Source of the DNA: Rhodanobacteraceae bacterium
GTDB lineage: Bacteria > Pseudomonadota > Gammaproteobacteria > Xanthomonadales > Rhodanobacteraceae
Assembly (NCBI GenBank): GCA_035263065.1
Contig: DATFRS010000337.1
Span: 1 to 53,994 of the forward strand
Direction: 5' to 3'
DNA: 53,994 nucleotides
In this document: piece after piece, positions 8,011-18,632 of the stretch
Layout of the letters: every line of letters begins with the position of its first letter
How positions within the stretch are numbered: position 1 is the first letter of the stretch
Notes under the pieces: model-generated
The model's input: the letters and a program-made list of their open reading frames with translations, nothing else
Databases searched by the model: none
Told to the model about the DNA's origin: nothing
Translations under genes and position numbers: made by a program

Positions 8011-9369
8011 TCAGCTCTTGAGCGCTTCCAGCACAGCCGCTCGCGCGAGCTTGCCGGTCTCGTTGCGCGGCAGCGCATCGACACGCCGGAACGGACGCGG
8101 CAGAAACACCGGATCGACCGCGCGCCGCAGATCTTCGAGCAGCGCCGATTCACTGCGGCCAGGCGCGACGACAAGCGCCGCGATGCGCCGCACGCCGCGA
8201 CCGCACTCATCTTCGAGCTGCACCGCGACCGCGTCGGTGACGCCGGGCAGCGCGAGCAGGCGGCGCGTGAGGTCGGCGAGCGAGGCGCGCTTGCCGGCGA
8301 TCTCGACGAGGTCGGCGTTGCGGCCGCAGAGGTGGAACGCGTGGTCGGGCAGGAGCTCGACGACGTCCTGGAGCACGACGGGCTGCGTGAAGTACGGCGC
8401 GTCGACGAGCGTTCCGTCGGGTTGCGGGCGCAGCGTCACGTCGGGGTAGAGCTTCCACGCGCTCTCGCAGGTCGTGCGCCGCTGCGCGATGACGCAGGTT
8501 TCGGTCGAGCCGAACAGCTCGACCATCGGCGCGCCGTAGCGCGCTTCGGCTTCGCACGCGAGCTCGCGCGTGAGCGGCGCGGTCGCCGACGTGATCGCGG
8601 CGAGCGGCGGCAGCTCGACCGGATCGCGCACCAGCGCTTGCAGGTGGATCGGCGTCGTCACCAGCATGCGCGGCGCCGGCACCTCGGCGAGCGCACCGGC
8701 GACGTCGGCGGGAAAGAACGGCTTGCCGCCGTGCACGGCGAACGGGCCGAACAGCGGCAGAAAAATCGAAAGCTCGAGGCCGTACATGTGCTGCGGCGGC
8801 ACGGTCGCGACGACGTGCGCGAGCTCGCCGGGCGCCAGGCCGATCGCGCCGCCGAGGAGGCGCGCGTTGTGCAGGCTGCTCGCGCGAACGCTCGCCCAGG
8901 TTTTCGGATTCGCCTTCGGATGGCCCGTGCTGCCGGACGTGAAGCCGATCGCGACGATCTGCTCCGCGTCGATCTCGGGCATCGGCGCATCGCGCACGGG
9001 CGCGTCGGGGTCGAGTCGCACGAGCACGTAGTGCGCGGGCAGGCCGTCGCGGTCGGTGTCGCCGATCGCGTAGCTGCCAGGGTGGCCGGCGAGCACTTCC
9101 TCGATGGCCTGCGGCGCGCGCGAGGGCGGCAGGAGATTCGTCTGTCCGCGGCTCGCGACGGCGCAGAACGCGACCAGGAACGCGTAGCGGTCCTCGCAGA
9201 GATTGACGGCCTGGCGCGCCGGCGGCAACGTCGCCGCGACCGCGTGGACGTCGGACAGGAACTGCGCGACGGTGACCTGACGCCCGTCGCGCCACGCGAA
9301 AACCCGGTCGGGTTGCGCAACGGTCAACAGCGCCAGCGGCGATGCCGCGCGTTCGACGACAGCAGACAC
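8011..9369 (-). CDS. AMP-dependent acyl/aryl ligase, XanA2/aryl-polyene type
   Basis: Adenylation motifs GFTSGSTGHPK, TVPPQHMYGLE, ELFGSTET, LPRNETGK; RBS GGAGAGG before GTG 9369. Confidence 0.85.
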   Translation of the reverse strand: MSAVVERAASPLALLTVAQPDRVFAWRDGRQVTVAQFLSDVHAVAATLPPARQAVNLCEDRYAFLVAFCAVASRGQTNLLPPSRAPQAIEEVLAGHPGSYAIGDTDRDGLPAHYVLVRLDPDAPVRDAPMPEIDAEQIVAIGFTSGSTGHPKANPKTWASVRASSLHNARLLGGAIGLAPGELAHVVATVPPQHMYGLELSIFLPLFGPFAVHGGKPFFPADVAGALAEVPAPRMLVTTPIHLQALVRDPVELPPLAAITSATAPLTRELACEAEARYGAPMVELFGSTETCVIAQRRTTCESAWKLYPDVTLRPQPDGTLVDAPYFTQPVVLQDVVELLPDHAFHLCGRNADLVEIAGKRASLADLTRRLLALPGVTDAVAVQLEDECGRGVRRIAALVVAPGRSESALLEDLRRAVDPVFLPRPFRRVDALPRNETGKLARAAVLEALKS

Positions 9370-9424
9370 GTTCCCCTCTCCCTCGCAAAACCGGTTGTAC
9401 CGCTACGGCCTCCACCCCGGCGCT

Positions 9425-9982
9425 TCAGGCACGCACGGTCGCCCCGCTGATAGCGTCGCGGATCGGCGTCGGCCGCTCAAGTCCCCCGAGCGGCGCATTC
9501 AGTGTGGCGTCAATATCGTCGCCGAAAATCGCACGGACTTCATCGGCACTGCGCCCCGGCGCTTCGCCGTGCCGGTTCGCGCTCGTCGATACGAGCGCGC
9601 CGCCGAACGCGCGGCAGAGCCTGGCGGCCGGCGCGTGGGCCGTGACGCGGACGGCGATGCCCGCGTGCGCGCCCGCGAGCCAGTCGGGCGTCTTTACACT
9701 GCGCGGGAAGATCCAGGTGTGCGGGCCCGGCCAGGTCGCGCGCGCTCGCGCAAAGGCGTCCGGCGGAACCGCCGTTAGATCAATATACTTTTCCACTTGT
9801 TCGAAATCCGACGCGATCAGCAGCACGCCCTGCGTCGGCGGGCGGCGCTTGATCGCGAACAGCCGATCGAACGCCGCACGATTTTCGGGATCGCAACCGA
9901 GACCGTAGACGGCCTCGGTCGGATAGGCGACGACGCCGCCGGCGCGGAGCGCGGCTACGACGTCGGCGAGCGAGGCATCCAT
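9425..9982 (-). CDS. tsaC: L-threonylcarbamoyladenylate synthase (Sua5/YrdC)
   Basis: GGVVAYPTEAVYGLGCDP, K-R-R, WPGPHT, STSAN motifs; downstream of topA. Confidence 0.95.
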   Translation of the reverse strand: MDASLADVVAALRAGGVVAYPTEAVYGLGCDPENRAAFDRLFAIKRRPPTQGVLLIASDFEQVEKYIDLTAVPPDAFARARATWPGPHTWIFPRSVKTPDWLAGAHAGIAVRVTAHAPAARLCRAFGGALVSTSANRHGEAPGRSADEVRAIFGDDIDATLNAPLGGLERPTPIRDAISGATVRA

Positions 9983-9992
9983 CGGGCATGCA

Positions 9993-12449
9993 TCACGAGG
10001 CGTCCGGCTTGGCTTTGGTCGTGCGTGCGGCCGTCTTCTTGCGCGCGGCAGATTTCTTCTTCGGTGCGGCCTTCTTCGCCGGCGCTGTCTTCGCTGCGGC
10101 CGGCGCGGGCGTTTCGGCCTTGGCCGTCTTGGTCGCGGGCTTGCCGAAGCGACCGCGCTTGGGCCGGTTCGGCGCCGCGGCGAGGAGAGCCGCGCATTCG
10201 TCGGCGGTGAGCTCGCTCGGCTCCTTGCCTTTCGGAATGCGTGCGTTCTTCTCGCCGTCGGTGATGTACGGGCCGTAGCGGCCGTTGAGGACCTGCACGC
10301 CGTTGCCGAAGTCCTTGATGATGCGGTTCGCCGCGGCCTCGGCTTTCGCCTTGATCAGCTCGATCGCGCGCGGGAGCTCCACCGTGTACGGATCGTCGGT
10401 GGGTTGCAGCGACGCGTACGTCTTGCCGTGCTTGACGAACGGACCGAAGCGGCCGATGCCGACCGTGATGTCCTCGCCGTCGTCGGCCTTGCCGAGATTG
10501 CGCGGCAGCTTGAAGAGCTCGAGTGCCTCCGGCAGCGTGATCGTGTGCATGCTCTGGCCGGGCCGCAGGCTCGCGAATTTCGGCTTGTCCTCGTCGTCCT
10601 TCGTGCCGATCTGCGCGAAGGGTCCGTAGCGACCGAGGCGCACCTGCACGGGCTTGCCGCTCTTCGGATCGATGCCGAGTTCACGCGCGCCGGTCGCTTC
10701 GGAGCGATCGACGGTCTCGTTCTTCTCGTCGACCTGCGCCTTGAACGGCTTCCAGAATTTCTCGAGCAGCGGCACCCAGTCTTCTTCTCCGCGGCTGACC
10801 GCGTCGAGCTCGTCCTCGAGCTTCGCGGTGAAGTCGTAGTCGACATACTGCGTGAAGTGGCCCGACAGGAACTTCGCGACCGCGCGGCCGACGTCGGTCG
10901 GCTTGAAGCGGCGGTTGTCGAGAATCACGTACTCGCGATTCAGCAGCACCTGGATGATGCTCGCATATGTCGACGGGCGGCCGATGCCGTATTCCTCGAG
11001 CGCCTTGACGAGCGAGGCTTCGGAATAACGCGGCGGCGGCTCGGTGAAATGCTGGTCGGCGAGGATGTCGCGCAGCGGCACCGCTTCGCCGATCGTCATC
11101 GCGGGGAGCTTGCGGCCCTCGTCCTCGTCTTCTGCGGCCTTCTGGTCGCGGCCTTCCTCGTACACGGCGAGGAAGCCGGGATCGACGACCGTCGTGCCGC
11201 TCGCGCGGAACGTCGACTCGGGTCCGCAGGCGAGGTCGACCGACACCGTGTTGAGCGTCGCGTGCTGCATCTGGCACGCGACCGCGCGCTTCCAGATGAG
11301 CTCGTAGAGCTTGCGCTGGTCGTCGGCGAGATAGGCCGCGACATCCTTCGGCCGGTGCAGCGCCGAGGTCGGCCGGATCGCCTCGTGCGCTTCCTGCGCG
11401 TTCTTCGACTTGTTGCGGTAGAAGTTCGGATGCTCGGGCAGCGCGCGCGGGCCGTAGTCGCGCTGGATCACCTCGCGCAGCTCGCTGATCGCTTCGCTCG
11501 AGAGATGCACCGCGTCGGTACGCATGTACGTGATCAGGCCGACGATGCCTTCGTCGCCGATCTGCACGCCTTCGTAGAGCTGCTGCGCGAGGCGCATCGT
11601 GCGGCTCGTCGCGAAGCCGAGCTTGCGCGCCGCCTCTTGCTGCAGCGTCGAGGTCGTGAACGGCGGCGCCGGACGGCGCTTCCTTTCCTTCGACTGGATG
11701 TCGCCGACGACGAGCCGGCCCTGCGCGGCCTTCCTGAGCGCATCGCGCGCGGCATGCGCGTCGCGCTCGTTGGTGATGTCGAACTGCTCGAAGCGCTTGC
11801 CGTTGAGCTTGTAGAGCCGCGCCTTGAACGGCTGGTCCGGATGCGCGCAGTCGGCCTCGATCGACCAGTACTCGCGCGCCTTGAACGCTTCGATCTCTTC
11901 CTCGCGCTCGACGATCATGCGCAGAGCCGGCGACTGCACGCGGCCCGCGGAGAGCCCGCGCTGCACCTTGCGCCACAGCACCGGCGAAAGATTGAAGCCG
12001 ACGAGGTAGTCGAGCGCGCGCCGCGCCTGCTGCGCGTTGACGAGATCCATCGACAGCTTGCGCGGCTGCGACACCGCTTCCTTGATGGCTCGCGGTGTGA
12101 TCTCGGAGAACACGACGCGATGCACCGAGCGTCCGTCGAGGAGCCCGCGCTGCTTCAGGATCTCGGCGATGTGCCACGAGATCGCCTCGCCTTCGCGGTC
12201 AAGGTCGGTCGCGAGATAGAGCGAATCCGCTTTCGCCGCCGCCTTCGCGATCGCGTCGACGTGCTTTTCGTTCTTGTCGATGACCTCGTAGTTCATCGCG
12301 AAGTCGTGGTCGATGTCGACCGCGCCTTCCTTGGGCACGAGATCGCGCACGTGCCCGTAGGACGCCAGCACCTGGAAGTCCTTGCCGAGGTACTTGTTGA
12401 TCGTCTTCGCCTTCGCTGGCGACTCGACGATGAGGAGATTCTTGGCCAT
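9993..12449 (-). CDS. topA: DNA topoisomerase I (type IA) with C-terminal repeats and Lys/Ala-rich tail
   Basis: LLIVESPAKAK, DLDREGE, SAGRVQS, ITYMRTD (catalytic Tyr), repeated GRYGP/GRFGP units; start ATG 12449 (alternative 12455). Confidence 0.98.
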   Translation of the reverse strand: MAKNLLIVESPAKAKTINKYLGKDFQVLASYGHVRDLVPKEGAVDIDHDFAMNYEVIDKNEKHVDAIAKAAAKADSLYLATDLDREGEAISWHIAEILKQRGLLDGRSVHRVVFSEITPRAIKEAVSQPRKLSMDLVNAQQARRALDYLVGFNLSPVLWRKVQRGLSAGRVQSPALRMIVEREEEIEAFKAREYWSIEADCAHPDQPFKARLYKLNGKRFEQFDITNERDAHAARDALRKAAQGRLVVGDIQSKERKRRPAPPFTTSTLQQEAARKLGFATSRTMRLAQQLYEGVQIGDEGIVGLITYMRTDAVHLSSEAISELREVIQRDYGPRALPEHPNFYRNKSKNAQEAHEAIRPTSALHRPKDVAAYLADDQRKLYELIWKRAVACQMQHATLNTVSVDLACGPESTFRASGTTVVDPGFLAVYEEGRDQKAAEDEDEGRKLPAMTIGEAVPLRDILADQHFTEPPPRYSEASLVKALEEYGIGRPSTYASIIQVLLNREYVILDNRRFKPTDVGRAVAKFLSGHFTQYVDYDFTAKLEDELDAVSRGEEDWVPLLEKFWKPFKAQVDEKNETVDRSEATGARELGIDPKSGKPVQVRLGRYGPFAQIGTKDDEDKPKFASLRPGQSMHTITLPEALELFKLPRNLGKADDGEDITVGIGRFGPFVKHGKTYASLQPTDDPYTVELPRAIELIKAKAEAAANRIIKDFGNGVQVLNGRYGPYITDGEKNARIPKGKEPSELTADECAALLAAAPNRPKRGRFGKPATKTAKAETPAPAAAKTAPAKKAAPKKKSAARKKTAARTTKAKPDAS

Positions 12450-12674
12450 GTCCATTCCTGCGCCCGCGAAGGGGAGGCAGCCACACAGGCTGCCGATGAC
12501 CTACGACGGGGGTATCGGGGAAGTACGTTCAGGGGGTCCCTTTTTCCAGTTGAGACATACGCTCCGGCGGGCTGTCAAGCTGAGGGACCGGGGCTTCGAG
12601 GCCCGGCAAGGCCCTCCGGCACCCGCTCTGCCCCTGTATAACCGACTGTTTTTACGAGAAAACTGAATCCCGTC

Positions 12675-13772
12675 TCATCGCGCTCGTTCAGCTGCGCGCC
12701 GTGAATAGAGACCGCCGCGCTCGGCAACAACTTCGCCTTCGAGCTCGAGGACCAGCAGCATCGACGACAGCGCCGCCACCGGCAGGGCGGTCCGCTCAGC
12801 CAGGACGTCGACGCCGGCCGGCTCGTGCCCGAGCGCGGCGAGCAGGGCCGCGTAGTCGCCGTCGCGCTCGGGCGCCGCCCACGCGCCGGGCGTGGCCACG
12901 TCGAGCCGCTCGCGCAGCGACTCGCCGAGACGCGCGGCGACAGGCCCGACCGCGTCGATGATCTCCTCGGCCATTTCCACCAGCGTGGCGCCCTGGCGGA
13001 TCAGCCGATGACAGCCGCGCGCGAGCGGGTTGTGGATCGAGCCCGGGATCGCGAACACCTCGCGGCCGTGTTCGCTCGCGTTGCGCGCCGTGATCAGCGA
13101 GCCGGAGCGCAGCCCCGCCTCGACCACGAGCGTGCCGAGCGCGAGCCCCGCGATGATGCGGTTGCGTCGCGGGAAGTGCTCCGGCAGGCCCGGCACGCCC
13201 GGCGGGAATTCGCTGACGAGCGCACCGTTCGCGGCGACGCGCGCGGCGAGCTCGCGATGCCGCAGCGGATAGATGAGATCGGGCCCGGTCCCGAGCACGG
13301 CGATCGTCGGCGCGCCGGCGTCGAGCGCGGCCGCGTGCGCAGCCGCGTCGATGCCTTCGGCGAGACCGCTCGTGATCGCGAAGCCGGCCGCGCAGAGCGC
13401 GCGCGCGAAGTTGCGCGCGTTGTCGAGTCCCGCGTGGCTCGCGTTGCGGCTGCCGACGATCGCGACCTGCGGCTGCCAGAGCAGCGCGGGATCGCCGACG
13501 ACGAACAGCGCGACCGGTGCGCCCGGCACGTCGCGCAGCAGCGGCGGGAAATCCTCGCTGCCGGAGACGATCAGGTGATGCGCCGGTGCGGCGAGCCAGT
13601 CGAGATCGTCGGCGATGCGTTTCGCGTCCGCGCTGCATTGCGCGGCTCTCAGCGCGCCCCGCACGTCGCCGCAGCGCTCGATCAGCTCGCGCAGGCGCGA
13701 CGCGCCGAGTCCCGGTGCACGCAGGAGGATCAGCCAGGCTTCGAGCTCGTCGCGACGCGTTGCGATGTCCAT
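12675..13772 (-). CDS. dprA: DNA-processing protein DprA/Smf
   Basis: VAIVGSRNAS, ITSGLAEGIDAAAH, FPRRNRII, SGSLITA, GREVFAIPGSI. Confidence 0.96.
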   Translation of the reverse strand: MDIATRRDELEAWLILLRAPGLGASRLRELIERCGDVRGALRAAQCSADAKRIADDLDWLAAPAHHLIVSGSEDFPPLLRDVPGAPVALFVVGDPALLWQPQVAIVGSRNASHAGLDNARNFARALCAAGFAITSGLAEGIDAAAHAAALDAGAPTIAVLGTGPDLIYPLRHRELAARVAANGALVSEFPPGVPGLPEHFPRRNRIIAGLALGTLVVEAGLRSGSLITARNASEHGREVFAIPGSIHNPLARGCHRLIRQGATLVEMAEEIIDAVGPVAARLGESLRERLDVATPGAWAAPERDGDYAALLAALGHEPAGVDVLAERTALPVAALSSMLLVLELEGEVVAERGGLYSRRAAERAR

Positions 13773-13795
13773 CGCGAACGAGTCTAGCCGCGCCC

Positions 13796-13832
13796 AAAAA
13801 GAACGCGGCGCGATGTTGCCAGCGCGCCGCGT
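13796..13832 (-). terminator. Probable intrinsic terminator of the LysM gene
   Basis: 10-bp stem ACGCGGCGCG/CGCGCCGCGT followed on the minus strand by TCTTTTT. Confidence 0.55.
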
Positions 13833-13854
13833 AGGAAATCAGTGGAGCCCTGCG

Positions 13855-15015
13855 TCAGGGCGTGTGATCGGGATCCCAGAGGAAATCGCCGAGGTGGATC
13901 GGCTTCACCGCGTCCATGACGAGGCCGTAGCTGACGCGGTTGAACGTGCGGAAGATCATGACGTGGCCGACGAACTCGGGCGGCAGCACGACGTGCGCGT
14001 CGCCCGGATGGAAGAACTTGTTCGCGCTGCCTTCGGTGTAGTCGGTCTGGTCGAGGACTTCCTCGCCGTCGTGATAGACGCTGAAGGTCTGGCCGTTCTC
14101 GATGCCGTCCTCGAAGCCGCGCGAGAGCGCGACGACCTGGCGCGGCCCGATCGCGTTCATCGCATCGGCGAACGCGACGACGCGCATGTTGTCCGGCACG
14201 CGCGTCGGCGCATGCGGCACGTACTGGTCGTCGTACGGCTTCTCGTCGAGCGGCAGCACGAAGTCGCCGGGACGCACTTCGAAATCGGAGTAGACGATCA
14301 GCGCGGACGACGGATCGCCGACGCGCGTGACCTCGACCGTGCCGTACTCGAGCACTTCGTAGCCGAGGAAGCGCACGTTGCCGCTCATCGTGAATTCGTT
14401 CGGGCCGTGGTGCCAGAGCATGCCGGGGCGGCCGTCGAACCAGTCGCTGGTCTGGCGGTAGACCTCGCGCGGCTCGCCTTCGCCGCGCGGCGGCATGTCG
14501 TAGTAGCGGCCGCTGGCGCGCACGAGCGCGAGCTTGGTGCCAAGCGGCGCGTTGAGGCCGCGCACGAACGCGAGCTGGCCGGCGCTGCCGCGGAGCTGGT
14601 TCTCTTCGAGGCCGACGACGTGCGGCGCGTGCTCGAACTCGTCCTCGGTCAAGATGCGCGCGTGCTTCAGGAACTGCTTCAGCGCCGACAGCGGGATCGG
14701 CTTGACCGCGTCCTCGAGCGAGGTGACGCGGGCATGCGGCTCGATCGAGCCCGCGCCGTGGCGCAGGTGGCCGCCCGAAAGGACGAGCTCGTCGCCGGGA
14801 TAGATGAGGTGCGGGTTGCGGACCTGCGGGTTGTCCTGCCAGATCTCAGGCCAGAGCCACGGCTTCTTCAGGAAGCGCGCCGAGATGTCCCACAGCGTGT
14901 CGCCCTTCCTGACGACATAGCGGTCCGGATGGTTGTCTGCCCACTCGACGGTGGCGGCAAAAACCGTGAGGGTGAAAAGCAGTCCAGCCGAAACCGCAAG
15001 TAGTTTTTTAAGCAT
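13855..15015 (-). CDS. LysM peptidoglycan-binding protein (TsaP-like, type IV pilus secretin-associated)
   Basis: Signal peptide MLKKLLAV..., then YVVRKGDTLWDISARFLKKPWLWPEIW...NPHLIYPGD; conserved position between def and dprA. Confidence 0.9.
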   Translation of the reverse strand: MLKKLLAVSAGLLFTLTVFAATVEWADNHPDRYVVRKGDTLWDISARFLKKPWLWPEIWQDNPQVRNPHLIYPGDELVLSGGHLRHGAGSIEPHARVTSLEDAVKPIPLSALKQFLKHARILTEDEFEHAPHVVGLEENQLRGSAGQLAFVRGLNAPLGTKLALVRASGRYYDMPPRGEGEPREVYRQTSDWFDGRPGMLWHHGPNEFTMSGNVRFLGYEVLEYGTVEVTRVGDPSSALIVYSDFEVRPGDFVLPLDEKPYDDQYVPHAPTRVPDNMRVVAFADAMNAIGPRQVVALSRGFEDGIENGQTFSVYHDGEEVLDQTDYTEGSANKFFHPGDAHVVLPPEFVGHVMIFRTFNRVSYGLVMDAVKPIHLGDFLWDPDHTP

Positions 15016-15311
15016 GGCTGCCAATTCCCTGATTCCCCAATGGCTTGGCGAGTCTATCCGAAACTTTAACAGGAGAAAACGACGGACTTCCCAAAAATGA
15101 AGGGCTGGGAACCGCCTCTGCAGACCCGCGAAACGCGAGGCTAAGGCACTGCGAAGGGCGGAAACTCTCGGGCCTATCACACCTTTCGGCGGTCCCGGCG
15201 CTCGCCCGGTCGACGGCCGGCGGCGGGTGCCACAGCCGTTCCGCCCAAACTCCACTAAACTTCGCCCATCAAAGGCTTGCGGCACGTTGCTGCGGCCCGC
15301 ATCTGGAAGCC

Positions 15312-15836
15312 ATGGCCAAGCTCACGATCCTCGAGTTCCCCGACAAGCGCCTGCGCACCCAGGCGCAGCCGGTCACCCATTTCGACGCCGCGCTGAAGCA
15401 GCTGGCGGCCGACATGCTGGAGACCATGTATGCGGCGCCGGGGATTGGTCTCGCCGCGACGCAGGTCAACGTCCACAAGCGCCTGCTCGTGCTCGACGTG
15501 TCCGAGGACAAGAACCAGCCGATGGTGATCGCAAACCCGAAGATCGTCTCGCGCGAAGGCAGCCAGACCTACCAGGAAGGCTGCCTCTCGGTGCCGGGCA
15601 TCTTCGCCGATGTCGACCGCGCCGACCGCATCCGCGTCGAGGCGCAGGACGTCGACGGCAAGCCCATCATGATCGACGCCGATGGTCTCCTCGCCGTGTG
15701 CATCCAGCACGAGATGGATCACCTCGTCGGCAAGCTCTTCGTCGACTACCTCTCGCCGCTCAAGCGTGAGCTCGTGCGCAAGAAGCTCGAGAAGCAGCGC
15801 AAGCACGCCGCCGAGCCCGCGGCGGTCGCGCTTTAG
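15312..15836 (+). CDS. def: Peptide deformylase
   Basis: [20 protein letters not shown] motifs. Confidence 0.98.
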   Translation: MAKLTILEFPDKRLRTQAQPVTHFDAALKQLAADMLETMYAAPGIGLAATQVNVHKRLLVLDVSEDKNQPMVIANPKIVSREGSQTYQEGCLSVPGIFADVDRADRIRVEAQDVDGKPIMIDADGLLAVCIQHEMDHLVGKLFVDYLSPLKRELVRKKLEKQRKHAAEPAAVAL

Positions 15837-15851
15837 CACGAAGCCTTTCCC

Positions 15852-16790
15852 ATGAATCCACGACTGCGCCTGGTGTTCGCGGGGACACCGGAGTTCGCGC
15901 TGCCGTGCCTCGACGCGTGCCTCGCGGCGCCGGTCGACGTCGTCGCGGTCTACACGCAGCCCGACCGTCCCGCGGGCCGCGGGCGCAAGCTGGCGGCGAG
16001 CCCGGTCAAGCAGCGTGCGCTCGCTGCTGGCATCGCGGTCGAGCAGCCTGAAACGCTGAAGAATCCCGATGCGCAGCAGACGCTCGCGGCATATGCGCCC
16101 GATCTGATGATCGTCGTCGCGTACGGCCTGATCCTGCCCAAGCGCGTGCTCGCGATACCGCGACTCGGCTGCTGGAACGTACACGCGTCGCTGCTGCCGC
16201 GCTGGCGCGGCGCCGCGCCTATCCAGCGCGCGATCCTCGCGGGCGACGCCGAGACCGGCGTCGATCTCATGCAGATGGAAGCGGGGCTCGATACGGGACC
16301 GGTGCTGATCGAGCGCCGCACGCCGATCGCGAGCGACGAAACCGGCGGCTCGCTGCACGACCGGCTTGCCGCGCTCGGCGCCGACGCGCTCGCCGAAGGC
16401 CTTGCGCGCGTCGCGCGCGCGGAGACGCTGGTCGCGCACCCGCAGTCGGACACCGGCGTCGCGTACGCGCACAAGCTCGAAAAATCCGAGGCGCGGCTCG
16501 ACTGGAACGAACCCGCGATCGCGCTCGAGCGCAAGGTGCGCGCGTTCGATCCGTGGCCCGTCGCGGAAGCCGAGCTCGAGGGCGAGCGCCTGCGCATCTG
16601 GTCGGCGCACGCCGTCGCGACGCACGCGAACGCGACGCCCGGCACGATCGTCGCCACGACGCGCGACGCCATCGACGTCGCGACCGGCAACGGCGTGCTG
16701 CGCATCGTCGAAGTGCAGCGCGAAGGCGGCCGCCGCATCCGCGTGCGCGACTGGCAGAACGCGCGCCGCGAGCGCGGGGCGCACGGATGA
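15852..16790 (+). CDS. fmt: Methionyl-tRNA formyltransferase
   Basis: [35 protein letters not shown]. Confidence 0.98.
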   Translation: MNPRLRLVFAGTPEFALPCLDACLAAPVDVVAVYTQPDRPAGRGRKLAASPVKQRALAAGIAVEQPETLKNPDAQQTLAAYAPDLMIVVAYGLILPKRVLAIPRLGCWNVHASLLPRWRGAAPIQRAILAGDAETGVDLMQMEAGLDTGPVLIERRTPIASDETGGSLHDRLAALGADALAEGLARVARAETLVAHPQSDTGVAYAHKLEKSEARLDWNEPAIALERKVRAFDPWPVAEAELEGERLRIWSAHAVATHANATPGTIVATTRDAIDVATGNGVLRIVEVQREGGRRIRVRDWQNARRERGAHG

Positions 16791-18094
16791 ATCCCGGCGC
16801 CGCGCTGCGCGCGGAAGCGGCGCGGGCGCTGGCGCGCGTCGTGTTCGACGGCGTGTCGCTGCGCACGGCCGTCGCCGAAACCGCGCCGCGCTTTGCCGAT
16901 CCGCGCGACCGCGCGTTGCTGTCGGCATCGCTGTTCGCGGCGACGCGCTGGTGGCTGCGCCTCGACGCCGCGCTCGCCGAATTCCTCGAAAAACCTTTGC
17001 CGCCGAAGGCGCGCGAGATCCGCGCGCTGCTCGTGCTCGCGTTCGCGCAGATCGCCGTGCTCGAGATGCCGGACTATGCCGTCGTCGCCTCGTCGGTCGA
17101 CGCCGCGCGCACGCTCGGCGAGCCGCGCTACAGCGGTCTCGTCAACGCGCTGCTGCGCCGCTTCGGACGCGAGCGCGACGCCGTCGCCGCGAAGCTCGAC
17201 CGCGACGACGTCACCCGCACCGCGCATCCGCGCTGGCTGATCGACGCGCTCCGCCGCGACTGGCCCGACGATGCCGGCGCGATCTTCGAAGCGAACAACC
17301 GCGAAGCGCCGCTGACGTTGCGCGTCAACCGCCGCCGCGCGAAACGCGACGCGCTGATCGAGCGCTTCCTCGCCGCCGGCATCGCCGCCGATCCGCACGC
17401 CGAGCTCGCCGACGCGATCGTGCTCGAGCGCAGCAGCGACGTGACGCAGCTTCCGGGCTACGCCGAAGGTTCGTTCTCGGTGCAGGACGGCGCCGCGCAG
17501 CGCGTCGCCGATCTCCTCGATCTCGCGGACGGGCAGCGCGTGCTCGACGCGTGCGCCGCGCCGGGCGGAAAGTCGGCGCACATGCTCGAGCGCGCATCGC
17601 TCGATCTCGTCGCGCTCGATCGCGACGCGGCGCGCCTGCCGCGCGTCGCCGACAACCTCGCGCGGCTCGGACTTGCCGCCGACGTGCGCGCCGGCGATGC
17701 CGCGGCGCCCGACAGCTGGTGGGACGGTCGTCCGTTCGATCGGATCCTGATCGATGCGCCGTGCTCGGCGACCGGCATCATCCGCCGCCAGCCGGACATC
17801 AAGCTGCACCGCCGCGCCGGCGACATCGCCGGGCTCGCCGCGACGCAGGGCCGGCTCCTCGCCGCGCTCTGGCCTTTGCTGGCGGCGGGCGGGCGACTAG
17901 TCTATGCAACCTGTTCCGTGCTCAAGGCCGAGAACGACGCCGTGCTGGCCGACTTCCTCGCGACGCACGCCGATGCGACGGCGACGCCCGCGCCCGAAAC
18001 GTACGGCCGCGCCGCCGGCGGCGGCCGGCAGAACCTGCCGGGTGCGGGCGGCATGGACGGTTTCTTCTATGCGATTCTCGACAAGCCTCGCTAG
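16787..18094 (+). CDS. rsmB: 16S rRNA m5C967 methyltransferase
   Basis: NusB-like N-terminus, [26 protein letters not shown]; ATGA overlap with fmt. Confidence 0.96.
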   Translation: MNPGAALRAEAARALARVVFDGVSLRTAVAETAPRFADPRDRALLSASLFAATRWWLRLDAALAEFLEKPLPPKAREIRALLVLAFAQIAVLEMPDYAVVASSVDAARTLGEPRYSGLVNALLRRFGRERDAVAAKLDRDDVTRTAHPRWLIDALRRDWPDDAGAIFEANNREAPLTLRVNRRRAKRDALIERFLAAGIAADPHAELADAIVLERSSDVTQLPGYAEGSFSVQDGAAQRVADLLDLADGQRVLDACAAPGGKSAHMLERASLDLVALDRDAARLPRVADNLARLGLAADVRAGDAAAPDSWWDGRPFDRILIDAPCSATGIIRRQPDIKLHRRAGDIAGLAATQGRLLAALWPLLAAGGRLVYATCSVLKAENDAVLADFLATHADATATPAPETYGRAAGGGRQNLPGAGGMDGFFYAILDKPR

Positions 18095-18632
18095 CGCGCT
18101 CGCGCTCGTCGCGTGCCTCCTCGCGGGCTGCGGCGCGCTCGCGCAGCAGCACCCGGGCTCGTTGACGATCCGCGCGGCGCGCATCGCCGGCACGGCCGAC
18201 GCGCCGGTGCTCGAGCTCGGTCTCGACTGCCGGTTGAGCGGCCCGATGCAGGATGCGCTCGACCACGGCATTCCGCTGACGATCAAGGTCAGCGTCGCGG
18301 CGGGCCGCTGGCGCTTCACGTCGCCGGCGCTCTCCGAGCATCGCATCGAGCTGCGCTACTTCCCGCTGTCGCGCCGCTACCAGGTGCGCGATCTCGACGC
18401 GAATGCCGACGTGCGCACGTTCCCGACGCCGGGCTATCTGTTCGCCGGCCTCAACTCGCTGCGCCTGCCGCTGCCGGCGACGTTCGGATCGCTGCCGCGC
18501 GGCACGCCGCTGCGCGTCGGCGCGGGCCTCGAAACGGCGGCCCTGCCCGGCGCGCTGCGCCTGCCGGCGCAGTTCGAGCCGGCGTGGCAGCTCTCGGCCG
18601 CGGAGTACACATGGCAACCCGCGGCTGGCTGA
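18069..18632 (+). CDS. DUF4390-family lipoprotein
   Basis: Lipobox LLAGC; ALDHGIPL, LRYFPLSRRY, LPGALRLP motifs; canonical position between rsmB and ntrY. Confidence 0.82.
   Translation: MRFSTSLASALALVACLLAGCGALAQQHPGSLTIRAARIAGTADAPVLELGLDCRLSGPMQDALDHGIPLTIKVSVAAGRWRFTSPALSEHRIELRYFPLSRRYQVRDLDANADVRTFPTPGYLFAGLNSLRLPLPATFGSLPRGTPLRVGAGLETAALPGALRLPAQFEPAWQLSAAEYTWQPAAG

Noticed and set aside
7646-8449. ORFs spanning the polA downstream region (for example containing PLPLAGEG) and 28973..29362 (VIPAKAGI)
   Set aside because: These peptides are translations of REP palindromes and the sRNA, a common source of spurious gene calls.
9993-10700. TopA lacking zinc ribbons and ending in a histone-like Lys/Ala tail
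   Set aside because: A known TopA C-terminal type (Topo_C repeats plus basic tail).
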